From the NCBI GenBank assembly GCA_021790385.1, contig JAJYDW010000007.1:10483-74482 (forward strand): a stretch of 64,000 nt of DNA, given 5' to 3'. Position numbers and translations under genes: made by a program. The stretch's first letter is position 1; each line of letters begins with the position of its first letter. The notes under the pieces were generated by a model, which was not told the DNA's origin, made no database searches, and was given only the letters and a program-made list of their open reading frames with translations. Below, in pieces: positions 39,953-48,103 of the stretch. Source of the stretch: Planctomycetota bacterium. Its GTDB lineage: Bacteria; Planctomycetota; Phycisphaerae; WQYP01.

Positions 39953-41947
39953 ATGACGGAAGACAAGGAACTTGCCCAATACCGGTCGCTGATGGCTACG
40001 CCGTCGGTTTTTGCCGACGGCTTTAACCTTAAATCCGTCATTGGCTGCTTGTTCATCGGCCTGGTGATGATGCCCGGGTCAATGTATCTTGCACTGATGA
40101 CCGGCGGAGGCCTTGGCCCGGCCGCCCAATGGGTTACCACCATCCTCTTTATTGAACTGGCCCGCCGGTCGTTTACCAGCCTCAAAAGCCCGGAAATTTT
40201 TATCCTCTATTACATGGCCGGCGTGGCGGTGCTTTCTCCGTTCAGCAACCTGCTTTTCACGCAATATTATATTCAATCCAGTGCCGCGCAGGCCTTCGGC
40301 ATTTCCCATCTGATACCATCGTGGGTCGCACCAGGACCAAAAATTCTCGCCCAACGCACATTTTTTACCGGTGCCTGGGTTATTCCCATGGTTCTCATGG
40401 GTGTGACTTATCTGTTTTCCCGCCTGAACAATTTTGGTCTGGGGTACGTACTATACCGCGTTACCAGCGACGTTGAAAAATTGCCTTTTCCCATGGCACC
40501 CATCGGAGCGATGGGCATTACCGCCCTGGCCGAAAGCTCCAGCGGCAACGAAACCTGGCGATGGCGGGTTTTTTCCATCGGCGGCATGATCGGCCTGGTG
40601 TATGGGGCACTTTGGCTGGGTGTCCCGGCCATCACCGGCACCTTTCTCCAGAAGCCCATCCAACCCATTCCGTTGGTCTTCGCCGATTTCACGCAATACA
40701 CCCAGAGCTTTCTCCCCGGCGTGCCCATGGCAGTGAGTTTTGACATCACCAATGTGATGGTCGGATTTGTTTTGCCATTTTCCGCGGTGCTCGGTACGAC
40801 CATTGCCACCATTGCGACCTGGCTGGCCACACCGCTGCTGGTCCATTGGCATCAAATTCCCGACTGGAAGCCAGGTATGGATGCGGTGAACACCTCCTGG
40901 GTGGGGTATATCGACGTTTACATGAGCGTTGGCATCGGCTTGGCGGTGGCCATCGCCCTGATCGGTTTTTTTCATATTTTTTCGACCATACGCCGCCGCG
41001 GGAAAAGCAGCGAGATGTTGTCTCCTGCCAGCGACAAGGATACCTCCAGCCCATCTGCATGGCAGCGGCTGATACATCCTCCGGCGGGCCGCGGCGATTT
41101 TTCCCTCTGGATCGGCATAGGCATTTACCTTGCCAGCACGATCACTTCTACGGTGCTATGTAAGATGCTGGTGCCCACCTTTCCCCTGTGGCTGCTGCTG
41201 GCGTACGGTTTTGGTTATACGCCCGTGATGAGCTACGTAGCCTCGCGTATGGAAGGCATTGCCGGCCAGTGGGTGGATATTCCGATGGTTCAGCAAGCCA
41301 CTTTTGTGCTGGCGCATAAATTCGGCTACAACGGCGTGGGAATCTGGTTTGCCCCCATACCCCTCAATAATTTCGCGGGCCAGGTGGTTAGCTTCCGCAC
41401 CCAGGAACTCACCGGAACCAAAATATCCAGTGTGGTCAAGGCTGAACTGGTCATGTTCCCCGTGGTCATTATCAGCAGCATTATCTTTTCCCAGTACCTG
41501 TGGCGCATCGCGCCTATTCCCTCGCCCGCGTACCCCTTCGCCAATCAAATCTGGACTCTGACCGCCAAACAGATGGCCTTGTATCAATCGGCCACGCTCC
41601 CCGGTGGAAATTCCATGTTCATGGATGCCATCAAGTGGCCTTATATTTTCGGGGCGGTCATCGGCGGCATTGGGCTTTATGCCGTCTTGGCGAGATTCGG
41701 GGCGCCGGTTATGCTCTGTTATGGACTGGTACGCGGCCTGGGTGCGGGGTTGGCTCCATGGGTGTTTCCGCAATTGCTTGGAGCTCTCCTGGGTAGATAC
41801 TATTTTCAAAAGAAAATTGGCGTGACGAAATGGCGGCAGTATGCGCCGGTACTGGCGGCCGGATTTGCCTGTGGAATCGGACTCATCAGTATGTTGTCGT
41901 TTGGATTTGATTTGGTCAGCAAGGCCGTGTTTCAGTTGCCGTATTAG
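39953..41947 (+). CDS. Polytopic integral membrane protein (about 665 aa, at least 12 predicted TM segments), uncharacterised; paralog of the next gene
   Basis: Start overlaps the stop of the giant gene (translationally coupled). Hydrophobic throughout. C-terminal LLGRYYFQKKIG...APVLAAGFACGIGLISM resembles LLKAVILRWGGVELYKKARPFFFGLIIGEAIANVFWM of the next ORF. Confidence 0.6.
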   Translation: MTEDKELAQYRSLMATPSVFADGFNLKSVIGCLFIGLVMMPGSMYLALMTGGGLGPAAQWVTTILFIELARRSFTSLKSPEIFILYYMAGVAVLSPFSNLLFTQYYIQSSAAQAFGISHLIPSWVAPGPKILAQRTFFTGAWVIPMVLMGVTYLFSRLNNFGLGYVLYRVTSDVEKLPFPMAPIGAMGITALAESSSGNETWRWRVFSIGGMIGLVYGALWLGVPAITGTFLQKPIQPIPLVFADFTQYTQSFLPGVPMAVSFDITNVMVGFVLPFSAVLGTTIATIATWLATPLLVHWHQIPDWKPGMDAVNTSWVGYIDVYMSVGIGLAVAIALIGFFHIFSTIRRRGKSSEMLSPASDKDTSSPSAWQRLIHPPAGRGDFSLWIGIGIYLASTITSTVLCKMLVPTFPLWLLLAYGFGYTPVMSYVASRMEGIAGQWVDIPMVQQATFVLAHKFGYNGVGIWFAPIPLNNFAGQVVSFRTQELTGTKISSVVKAELVMFPVVIISSIIFSQYLWRIAPIPSPAYPFANQIWTLTAKQMALYQSATLPGGNSMFMDAIKWPYIFGAVIGGIGLYAVLARFGAPVMLCYGLVRGLGAGLAPWVFPQLLGALLGRYYFQKKIGVTKWRQYAPVLAAGFACGIGLISMLSFGFDLVSKAVFQLPY

Positions 41948-41965
41948 CCGGAAGCCCGCACCGCC

Positions 41966-44005
41966 GTGACCATTCGATGGACCGTTTTTGGATGTAAGAT
42001 CCGCATGAGTAAGATGCCTCAATCGCCGAATCTCGGCACCGATAAAATTACGTACAGTGTTACATTTCGCAGCGCCCTGCTGGGCATCGGACTGACCCTG
42101 CTGGTGGCCATTTTTACCCCTTTCAATGACTACGTAATGCAAAACACCTATTTCGTGGGTAACAATCTACCCATGTCGGTTATTTTCTGTATTTTGCTAT
42201 TGTCACTCGTAGTGAACCCGCTGCTGGGTTCCCGCCGATTCCGCCGGGGTGAAATGATCGTGGCTTTCAGCATGATGCTCATCGCCTGCGCTCTGCCCAG
42301 TTCCGGACTATATCGCTACCTATATTCCACACTGGCTGATTCCGTCTACCAGGCAGGCCAAAATTCTTCCTTCATCCCATTTGTCCATGCCCTGCCATCC
42401 TGGATGCTGGCCTCCAAAAATCCGCATAGCTGGGTGTTACGGGACTTTTACCTTGGCTTTAGCAGTCATTCCCGCCATTCTTATTGGGATGTACTCCAAG
42501 CCTGGGCTTTGCCAGTAGTAACCTGGGCCTGTTTCCTGCTGGGCATGTTTGGTGCCATCATTTTTTTCTGCCTGATCATGCGCAAACAATGGGTTCAGCG
42601 CGAACGTCTGCCCTACCCTCTGGCCACGATTCCCCTGGAATTATTAGCGGATCCGGAACCGGGCCGACGCATCAATGCACTGTGGCGTTCGCCGCTGCTT
42701 TGGATTGCCGCCGGCCTTGTTTTTCTCATTGATATTTATAACGGATCGCTTCTCTTCCCGATTTTTCATAATCTGCCCCCCATTCCCACCACTTATAATC
42801 TGTCCAAAGATTTTTCCCAGTTTCCATGGAATGCCATTCTTTGGGCGATTCAACGCAATCGCATTTATTTTTCCGTAGTCGGTGTAACCTTTTTCATCCC
42901 GCTGGAAATTTCATTTTCAATATGGTTTTTCTTTCTGGCCTACAATTTCGGTTATGTTTTTCTCGTGGACAGCGGTTCCAATGCCAATCTCTCCACCATG
43001 ACCATCTGGCAAACGCCGGGCATGTATGCCGCTTATTTCATCATCACCTTGTGGATTGTCCGCCGGCATATTCGCGAAGTGTTCATATCCACCATTCGCT
43101 TCCTACCGCGACAACCGGATGAGTTTTTACCCTATTGGATCAGCGTCTGGGGATTTTTGCTTTGCGTGGCCATAGCCACAGCATTTCTCGCCTTTGCCGG
43201 ATTAAACTGGTGGTGCGGTCTGCTGGTGGTGGCTTTACTACTGTTTTACTGCATGATGCTTACCCGCGTTATTGCCGAAGCCGGCCTTTTAATGGTGGAC
43301 TTCTCCAGCGGGCCATTTCACGCCCTGACACTGCTGTTTTCCTCCAATCCGTCCGCTCTTTCCATCCGCCAGTGGATGGTGGCCCGCTTGAGCATCTCCA
43401 ACCTTTGGACTGATCAGCGGGAAAACCTCATGCCCTTCGCTTCCGATGTGCTGCGCATGGGTTCTGACGTTCAACCCTACCGCAAAGTCCGTTACGTAAC
43501 CCTGCTGTTTGGAGCCTTGGTCCTGTGTTTTGTCGTGGCCGGGACAACAAACCTGCTGCTGAGTTATAAGTATGGTGCCAGCACTTTCAATGGCTATAGT
43601 GCCGTCGGTTTTCCATACAACACCGTGGAAAGTGCCATCCACGCAGCACAGCCCAACACCGCTTCCACCTCGCCGATGACTCATCTGCTGTACGTTATCG
43701 AAGGCGCAGTGGCCATGACCGCGGTTGCCGGATCGCGGCTCCTTTTCGCCGACAGCCCCTTCCACCCTATCGCGCTGCTGTTCCTCAACAGCTACGCCAT
43801 GGACGTGTTCTGGTTTTCCGTTTTCATCGGCTGGTTGCTTAAAGCGGTGATCTTGCGCTGGGGTGGCGTAGAGCTTTATAAAAAGGCCCGCCCCTTTTTC
43901 TTCGGCCTGATCATTGGCGAAGCCATCGCTAACGTCTTCTGGATGTTCATCGGATTTTTCGTGGGCTGGCCGTCTGGAATTCCGTTCTGGCTTCTCCCCG
44001 GATAA
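41966..44005 (+). CDS. Polytopic integral membrane protein (about 670 aa), uncharacterised; paralog of the preceding gene
   Basis: ORF-track start is GTG at 41966; an ATG alternative is at about 42005. Many TM helices. Starts 19 nt after the preceding stop. Confidence 0.6.
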   Translation: MTIRWTVFGCKIRMSKMPQSPNLGTDKITYSVTFRSALLGIGLTLLVAIFTPFNDYVMQNTYFVGNNLPMSVIFCILLLSLVVNPLLGSRRFRRGEMIVAFSMMLIACALPSSGLYRYLYSTLADSVYQAGQNSSFIPFVHALPSWMLASKNPHSWVLRDFYLGFSSHSRHSYWDVLQAWALPVVTWACFLLGMFGAIIFFCLIMRKQWVQRERLPYPLATIPLELLADPEPGRRINALWRSPLLWIAAGLVFLIDIYNGSLLFPIFHNLPPIPTTYNLSKDFSQFPWNAILWAIQRNRIYFSVVGVTFFIPLEISFSIWFFFLAYNFGYVFLVDSGSNANLSTMTIWQTPGMYAAYFIITLWIVRRHIREVFISTIRFLPRQPDEFLPYWISVWGFLLCVAIATAFLAFAGLNWWCGLLVVALLLFYCMMLTRVIAEAGLLMVDFSSGPFHALTLLFSSNPSALSIRQWMVARLSISNLWTDQRENLMPFASDVLRMGSDVQPYRKVRYVTLLFGALVLCFVVAGTTNLLLSYKYGASTFNGYSAVGFPYNTVESAIHAAQPNTASTSPMTHLLYVIEGAVAMTAVAGSRLLFADSPFHPIALLFLNSYAMDVFWFSVFIGWLLKAVILRWGGVELYKKARPFFFGLIIGEAIANVFWMFIGFFVGWPSGIPFWLLPG

Positions 44006-44029
44006 CCACCGCCGGACCTTGCTAACCCG

Positions 44030-44995
44030 TCACGGCGCCGCTGGGGTCTGGCCAGGCGGTGGCACGTTGCTTTCATCCATCTCTTTTAACCGTTTCACCA
44101 CCGCCTGCAAATCGCCCCAGACTGCGCCACGATTTTCCGGCGTATATGCCCGCAACAAATAGGCTGGATGATACGTCGGCATCACCGCTATTCCCCGGTA
44201 CTCATGCCAACGCCCGCGCAAAGTCCGCATGCTTTCCGTCACCCCCACAACATACCGAGTAGCCGGTAACCCCAGCGTTACAATCACCTGTGGTTGAATA
44301 ATTGCAATTTGCCGATGCAGCCAAGGCAGCCCCAGCGCCACTTCTGACGTTGTGGGCGGACGGTCTCTAAGCCGCTTCGTCTCATCATCAAACGATGCCG
44401 CCCGTAATTTACAGATGTTGGCAATGTAAACGATTTCCCGGGTGAAACCCATCGCTGCAATCATTTTATCCAGCAACTGGCCGGCACGTCCTACAAATGG
44501 CCGCCCCGTGCGATCTTCCTCCTGACCCGGGCCTTCTCCGATAAACATCAATTTGGCTCCGGGATCACCTTCGCCAAACACCACGCGTTGCGCCACATCG
44601 CTTAGGTAAGCGGCCAGCACATGGTGAGCTTCGTCCGCCAAAGCCGAAAGCCTCCGACCTTTTTCAGCCCGAGTCAGATGCGGTTCGTCAGAAATGGCCC
44701 CTGGCGGAACTGGCGGCAACTCAGCTTCAGGCACAGGTGTACCCCGGACAACTTCACGCCGGGGAGCGGCTGGCTCAACAGTACGTTTGGTCTCCACCGG
44801 ATGACCCGTCGCAGGCCGGGAGATCGATAATAGGAATTGCGGTTCGGACTCCGTGCGCACCACCTCCGGTGATTTTATGCCCATCCCTTTACCCCCCAAC
44901 CCAGCGTCAGCCCGGCGGACAATGGGTACGTCCATTGCCCCCATGGCCTCATCCGCGGCCAGCCATTGGTGCGCAATTTTCCGGGCGCGGCTCAT
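44030..44995 (-). CDS. Uracil-DNA glycosylase, family 4 type, with a low-complexity N-terminal extension of about 150 aa
   Basis: LMFIGEGPGQEEDRTGRPFVGRAGQLLDKMI...VMPTYHPAYLLR family-4 UDG motifs. The start is ambiguous (ORF track to 45100; here placed at MSRARK). Confidence 0.75.
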   Translation of the reverse strand: MSRARKIAHQWLAADEAMGAMDVPIVRRADAGLGGKGMGIKSPEVVRTESEPQFLLSISRPATGHPVETKRTVEPAAPRREVVRGTPVPEAELPPVPPGAISDEPHLTRAEKGRRLSALADEAHHVLAAYLSDVAQRVVFGEGDPGAKLMFIGEGPGQEEDRTGRPFVGRAGQLLDKMIAAMGFTREIVYIANICKLRAASFDDETKRLRDRPPTTSEVALGLPWLHRQIAIIQPQVIVTLGLPATRYVVGVTESMRTLRGRWHEYRGIAVMPTYHPAYLLRAYTPENRGAVWGDLQAVVKRLKEMDESNVPPPGQTPAAP

Positions 44996-45044
44996 GGCAA
45001 TATTCCAATTTTTGAGGCCAGTAGCGGCCCCAATCCACTTGAAT

Positions 45045-45383
45045 TTATCGCTGATTGCGCCGACGCGGATCAATTTCAATCGGACCGCACACCTGTTCAT
45101 ACCGCTGCACCGCCTGGCTCAAGGCCAGCGCCAATCGCTTGGCGGAATAAAAATTCATCATCACCCGTGTGCTCACATCCATCACCGCGGTGTTCGGCTG
45201 GTCCGGATGCTGCGTGTTGATGGCAAAATCGACAAACAATTCCTCCAGCGTCCCGCCTATCCGGCTGACATTGCTGTAAATAACCTGCATTTTGTCTTCG
45301 CGAATTTGCACATGCATCTGCTGACCCGCTCCCATGGCAGGTTGATTATTCGTGGTTCCCGTTATTGGCGTTTCCTCAGACAT
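45045..45383 (-). CDS. DUF3467-family small protein (112 aa)
   Basis: QVIYSNVSRIGGTLEELFVDFAI...VSTRVMMNFYSAKRLALALSQAVQRYEQVCGPI matches the conserved DUF3467 pattern. ATG verified at 45381-45383 (cat on the plus strand). Confidence 0.6.
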   Translation of the reverse strand: MSEETPITGTTNNQPAMGAGQQMHVQIREDKMQVIYSNVSRIGGTLEELFVDFAINTQHPDQPNTAVMDVSTRVMMNFYSAKRLALALSQAVQRYEQVCGPIEIDPRRRNQR

Positions 45384-45528
45384 TATCGTGCTCCTTATTC
45401 TGACTTTTTTACCGCTTCGAGGCTGTACCTCCATGGCACACCGCCCGGCGAATCCCCAAACGATAACCGAATTGACCCCAAATGTCACCAAACCTCGCCC
45501 CCCCCTTAAAATTCTTGACGGAATTTTC

Positions 45529-45619
45529 TTGACTTGCTGTAATTCCTTTGTTATTGTGGCTATTGGAAGTGCATGTTTCCACCGCGTGTTCTCGGAGATG
45601 AGCATAAATCTCCGCCGCG
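45529..45619 (+). promoter_or_regulatory. Promoter-like TTGACT-N17-TATTGT (45529-45557) followed by the conserved leader block GTGTTCTCGGAGAT-gagcataa-ATCTCCGCCGCG (hairpin 45593-45614)
   Basis: Seen in sequence. Homologous to 47918-48005 with compensatory stem changes. About 270 bp upstream of the PEP-CTERM gene at 45889. Confidence 0.45.
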
Positions 45620-45888
45620 TGGAATGAAGGCTTCCCAAAACGGGGCATGCTCATGCCGACCGTTGAAGATTTATCGCGATGGATCGTTGTATTGTTCCCC
45701 TCCGGCCGTGAGGCCGGGGAAGGATGCAGGGTAAGCCTTGCGCCTACTGCCGCAACGATTTCCAGTCAGACCGACATCAAATCGAGCAAAGAGGTGCTTA
45801 TGTGACTGTGCGGATAATTTAGCTCAATGGAAAGGTCCGTTTTCCACGTTTTTACATTTCTCCCGTGTGGAGAGAATTGGAGTTTATC

Positions 45889-46797
45889 ATGAGTAACTTA
45901 CGAAACAAATGTATCGCCATGGCCGTTGGTACCGGTATGCTCGGTGGCATTGCCACCGCTGGAGCCACGGAAATTCCGGCCGGAAACCTGTTTTATCAAA
46001 ATGGGGCCGCCACGGCACCGAATGTATCAACCGTTATCAATAATCCCCAAAATATGAGCGGCGGGTCTTGGGTTGGCGGGACCAATTACTGGGTTGGCGG
46101 TAACAGTCCGGTGCTGGACGGCAGCGTTTCCACAATATGGAACGCCGGCACATTTAGCGGCGGCGGTATGTGCAATGTCGCCATCTCACAGGGTTCGTAC
46201 GATAGCAGCACCTCAACTTTTACATCGGTACCGTTTGGCGCTATCGCAACGATACGTATCTGGGCGGAAAATTATATCAATAGCGACGGCAGCACATGGA
46301 GTTCGATGCCCCAAGTGGTCGCGGTAGGATATACCACCAACAGCAACCTCACTTCGACCATTCGCAACGGCTACTCATTCAATAGCGGCACGGCGGGTAC
46401 CCTGCCGCCAACTTGGAGCACCATGGCCACGATTTCTTCTGTCAATGGCGGCACACCGGGCACACCTTTCGATCCGACGGATTACCCGACCGCTTCGGGT
46501 TGGGTGGCCGGGGATTTTTCGCAAGGCACGGTTACCGGTTTAAATAGTGGACACAGCACGCTGGCCTACATGGATCTGACTGTGAATATTCCCGCTGGTG
46601 CTACCAGTGTCATGATCTCGTTTGGACAGGACAGCGGCATCGCCACTGCACCCAGCCCCAGCTATTACAGCCCCGGCGGCCTGGCAATTGCCGATATCCA
46701 GGCCTATGCTCCGACCATTCCCGAACCCGCTTCGTTGGGTCTATTGGCCTTTGGCGGTCTGGGGCTGTTGTTGCTCAAGCGTCGTAAAACGGCTTGA
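45889..46797 (+). CDS. PEP-CTERM sorting-domain secreted protein (third copy in the window)
   Basis: Signal peptide MSNLRNKCIAMAVGTGMLGGIATAGA. C-terminal PTIPEPASLGLLAFGGLGLLLLKRRKTA. Confidence 0.75.
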   Translation: MSNLRNKCIAMAVGTGMLGGIATAGATEIPAGNLFYQNGAATAPNVSTVINNPQNMSGGSWVGGTNYWVGGNSPVLDGSVSTIWNAGTFSGGGMCNVAISQGSYDSSTSTFTSVPFGAIATIRIWAENYINSDGSTWSSMPQVVAVGYTTNSNLTSTIRNGYSFNSGTAGTLPPTWSTMATISSVNGGTPGTPFDPTDYPTASGWVAGDFSQGTVTGLNSGHSTLAYMDLTVNIPAGATSVMISFGQDSGIATAPSPSYYSPGGLAIADIQAYAPTIPEPASLGLLAFGGLGLLLLKRRKTA

Positions 46798-46874
46798 GGT
46801 CGCCGCAGTAACTGGCAGCGGGGCACCCCTGCCGCTGCACCTGACGATTTCTCCGGCAGCAGAAAGGAGTAGTC

Positions 46875-47864
46875 ATGAATCCGATAAAGCGACGACAAAC
46901 TAAGGAGTTTGCATTCAGTTCTACGGCTGCCCATTTTTGGGGGTCAATGCACGATCGCAGACCCAGAGCATTTACCCTGGTGGAACTGCTGGTGGTCATT
47001 TCCATCATTGCCATTCTTATCTCCTTGCTGCTTCCCGCCCTGGCCAAGGCCCGCTTTTGGGCCAACGTGACGGTATGCGCCAACAACCAGCGGCAGATTT
47101 ACCTGGCCACCGCCATGTACGCCAACGACAATCTGGGGTTCATGCCGGGCTGTGATGCCTTTCAAAGCGTGAGTGGGGGAACCTACGCCACATCCTACGG
47201 CGGCTATCCGTGGGAATTTCAGGATTATTGGTACAGCAATCCCATCTTACCTTCAGGCGTGGTGTGGTCGCAAACAGTACGCTGGTACGGGGTGGGAGTT
47301 TTGATTGGTCAAAAGTACATGCCCCCCACCAATGCCGTGGAATGTCCGGATTTTGCCATTTCACCACAAGCCCAGATCGGCCAGAAATGGAGCAACTACA
47401 CGCAAAATGGCGTGTTTCTGCTGCCGAAGGAATACAACACCGCAGCCGCCGCCGGCGACAGCCCCGAACAGATCGCCAACGCCTGCTTCGGACAAGGCTC
47501 TTACGTGCTTGATACCGAACCGTATTACAACACCTTTGATCCCGGCAATGAATCCCATGGCCGTATCGGACTGCCCGGCACCGAGGGTGGATGGTGGTCG
47601 CCGGGCGGATTGCTCAAAGTGCCGCACATTACTGCGCTGATTATGTGTCTCACGACCTATGCTGATATCAACCCGCAACCGGCGACCATCACGCACGAGA
47701 TGAAGGGCGTCAACTGTACGTATATTGACGGGCACACCCAGTGGCTGCCCATCCACGCGGCGACTTGGAGTTATTTCAATTCCATCGGTTTCCCCGCCAG
47801 TTCCGGCGGCGACATGCGCGGTGCCTATACCTTTTTCCCGTGGGCCACGCAGCAAGGATGGTAA
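46875..47864 (+). CDS. Prepilin-type N-terminal methylation domain protein of the DUF1559 (H-X9-DG) family, second copy
   Basis: RBS AAAGGAG then [30 protein letters not shown]-terminal [13 protein letters not shown]9-DG. Confidence 0.8.
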   Translation: MNPIKRRQTKEFAFSSTAAHFWGSMHDRRPRAFTLVELLVVISIIAILISLLLPALAKARFWANVTVCANNQRQIYLATAMYANDNLGFMPGCDAFQSVSGGTYATSYGGYPWEFQDYWYSNPILPSGVVWSQTVRWYGVGVLIGQKYMPPTNAVECPDFAISPQAQIGQKWSNYTQNGVFLLPKEYNTAAAAGDSPEQIANACFGQGSYVLDTEPYYNTFDPGNESHGRIGLPGTEGGWWSPGGLLKVPHITALIMCLTTYADINPQPATITHEMKGVNCTYIDGHTQWLPIHAATWSYFNSIGFPASSGGDMRGAYTFFPWATQQGW

Positions 47865-47917
47865 AAGCTTCCAGACGGACGGAGCCAGTGGGTGCAAAGT
47901 GAAAAATAAAAACTGGT

Positions 47918-48005
47918 TTGCTGCTGCAATAGTGCTCTGGTAGTATCGTTTAGCAAATAGGCTTCCCGTGTGTTCTCGGAAATTTTTGCTCATTTCCGCC
48001 GCGGC
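47918..48005 (+). promoter_or_regulatory. Promoter-like TTGCTG-N17-TAGTAT (47918-47946) followed by the leader block GTGTTCTCGGAAAT-ttttgctc-ATTTCCGCCGCGG (hairpin 47977-47998)
   Basis: Seen in sequence. Same flanks as 45586-45619, with a G-C to A-T covarying stem pair and an inverted loop. About 100 bp upstream of the giant Tat/Sec-exported gene at 48104. Confidence 0.45.
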
Positions 48006-48103
48006 TGGCAACTTGGCCTTTAATCAAAACTGAAAATATTGTGGCATCACCATCTGGCCCATGGCCCGGCTTTGGCCGGCTCTTTCGTGCAGAGGTATGA
48101 ATT

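Noticed and set aside
41156-42142. 328-aa minus-strand ORF antisense to the two large membrane-protein genes
   Set aside because: Low-complexity (H/G/R/Q-rich) translation with no domain features. The sense-strand ORFs are long, hydrophobic and translationally coupled. Antisense artefact.
30109-44030. Search for an ABC ATPase (Walker A GxxxxGK[ST] / LSGGQ) that would partner the FtsX-like permease
   Set aside because: The only Walker A plus signature (ABC-type) motif pair in the window is in RecN (GQTGAGKS, SGGELSRI); PriA also has a helicase Walker A (GSGKT) but no ABC signature. None occurs in or next to the 30-44 kb operon.
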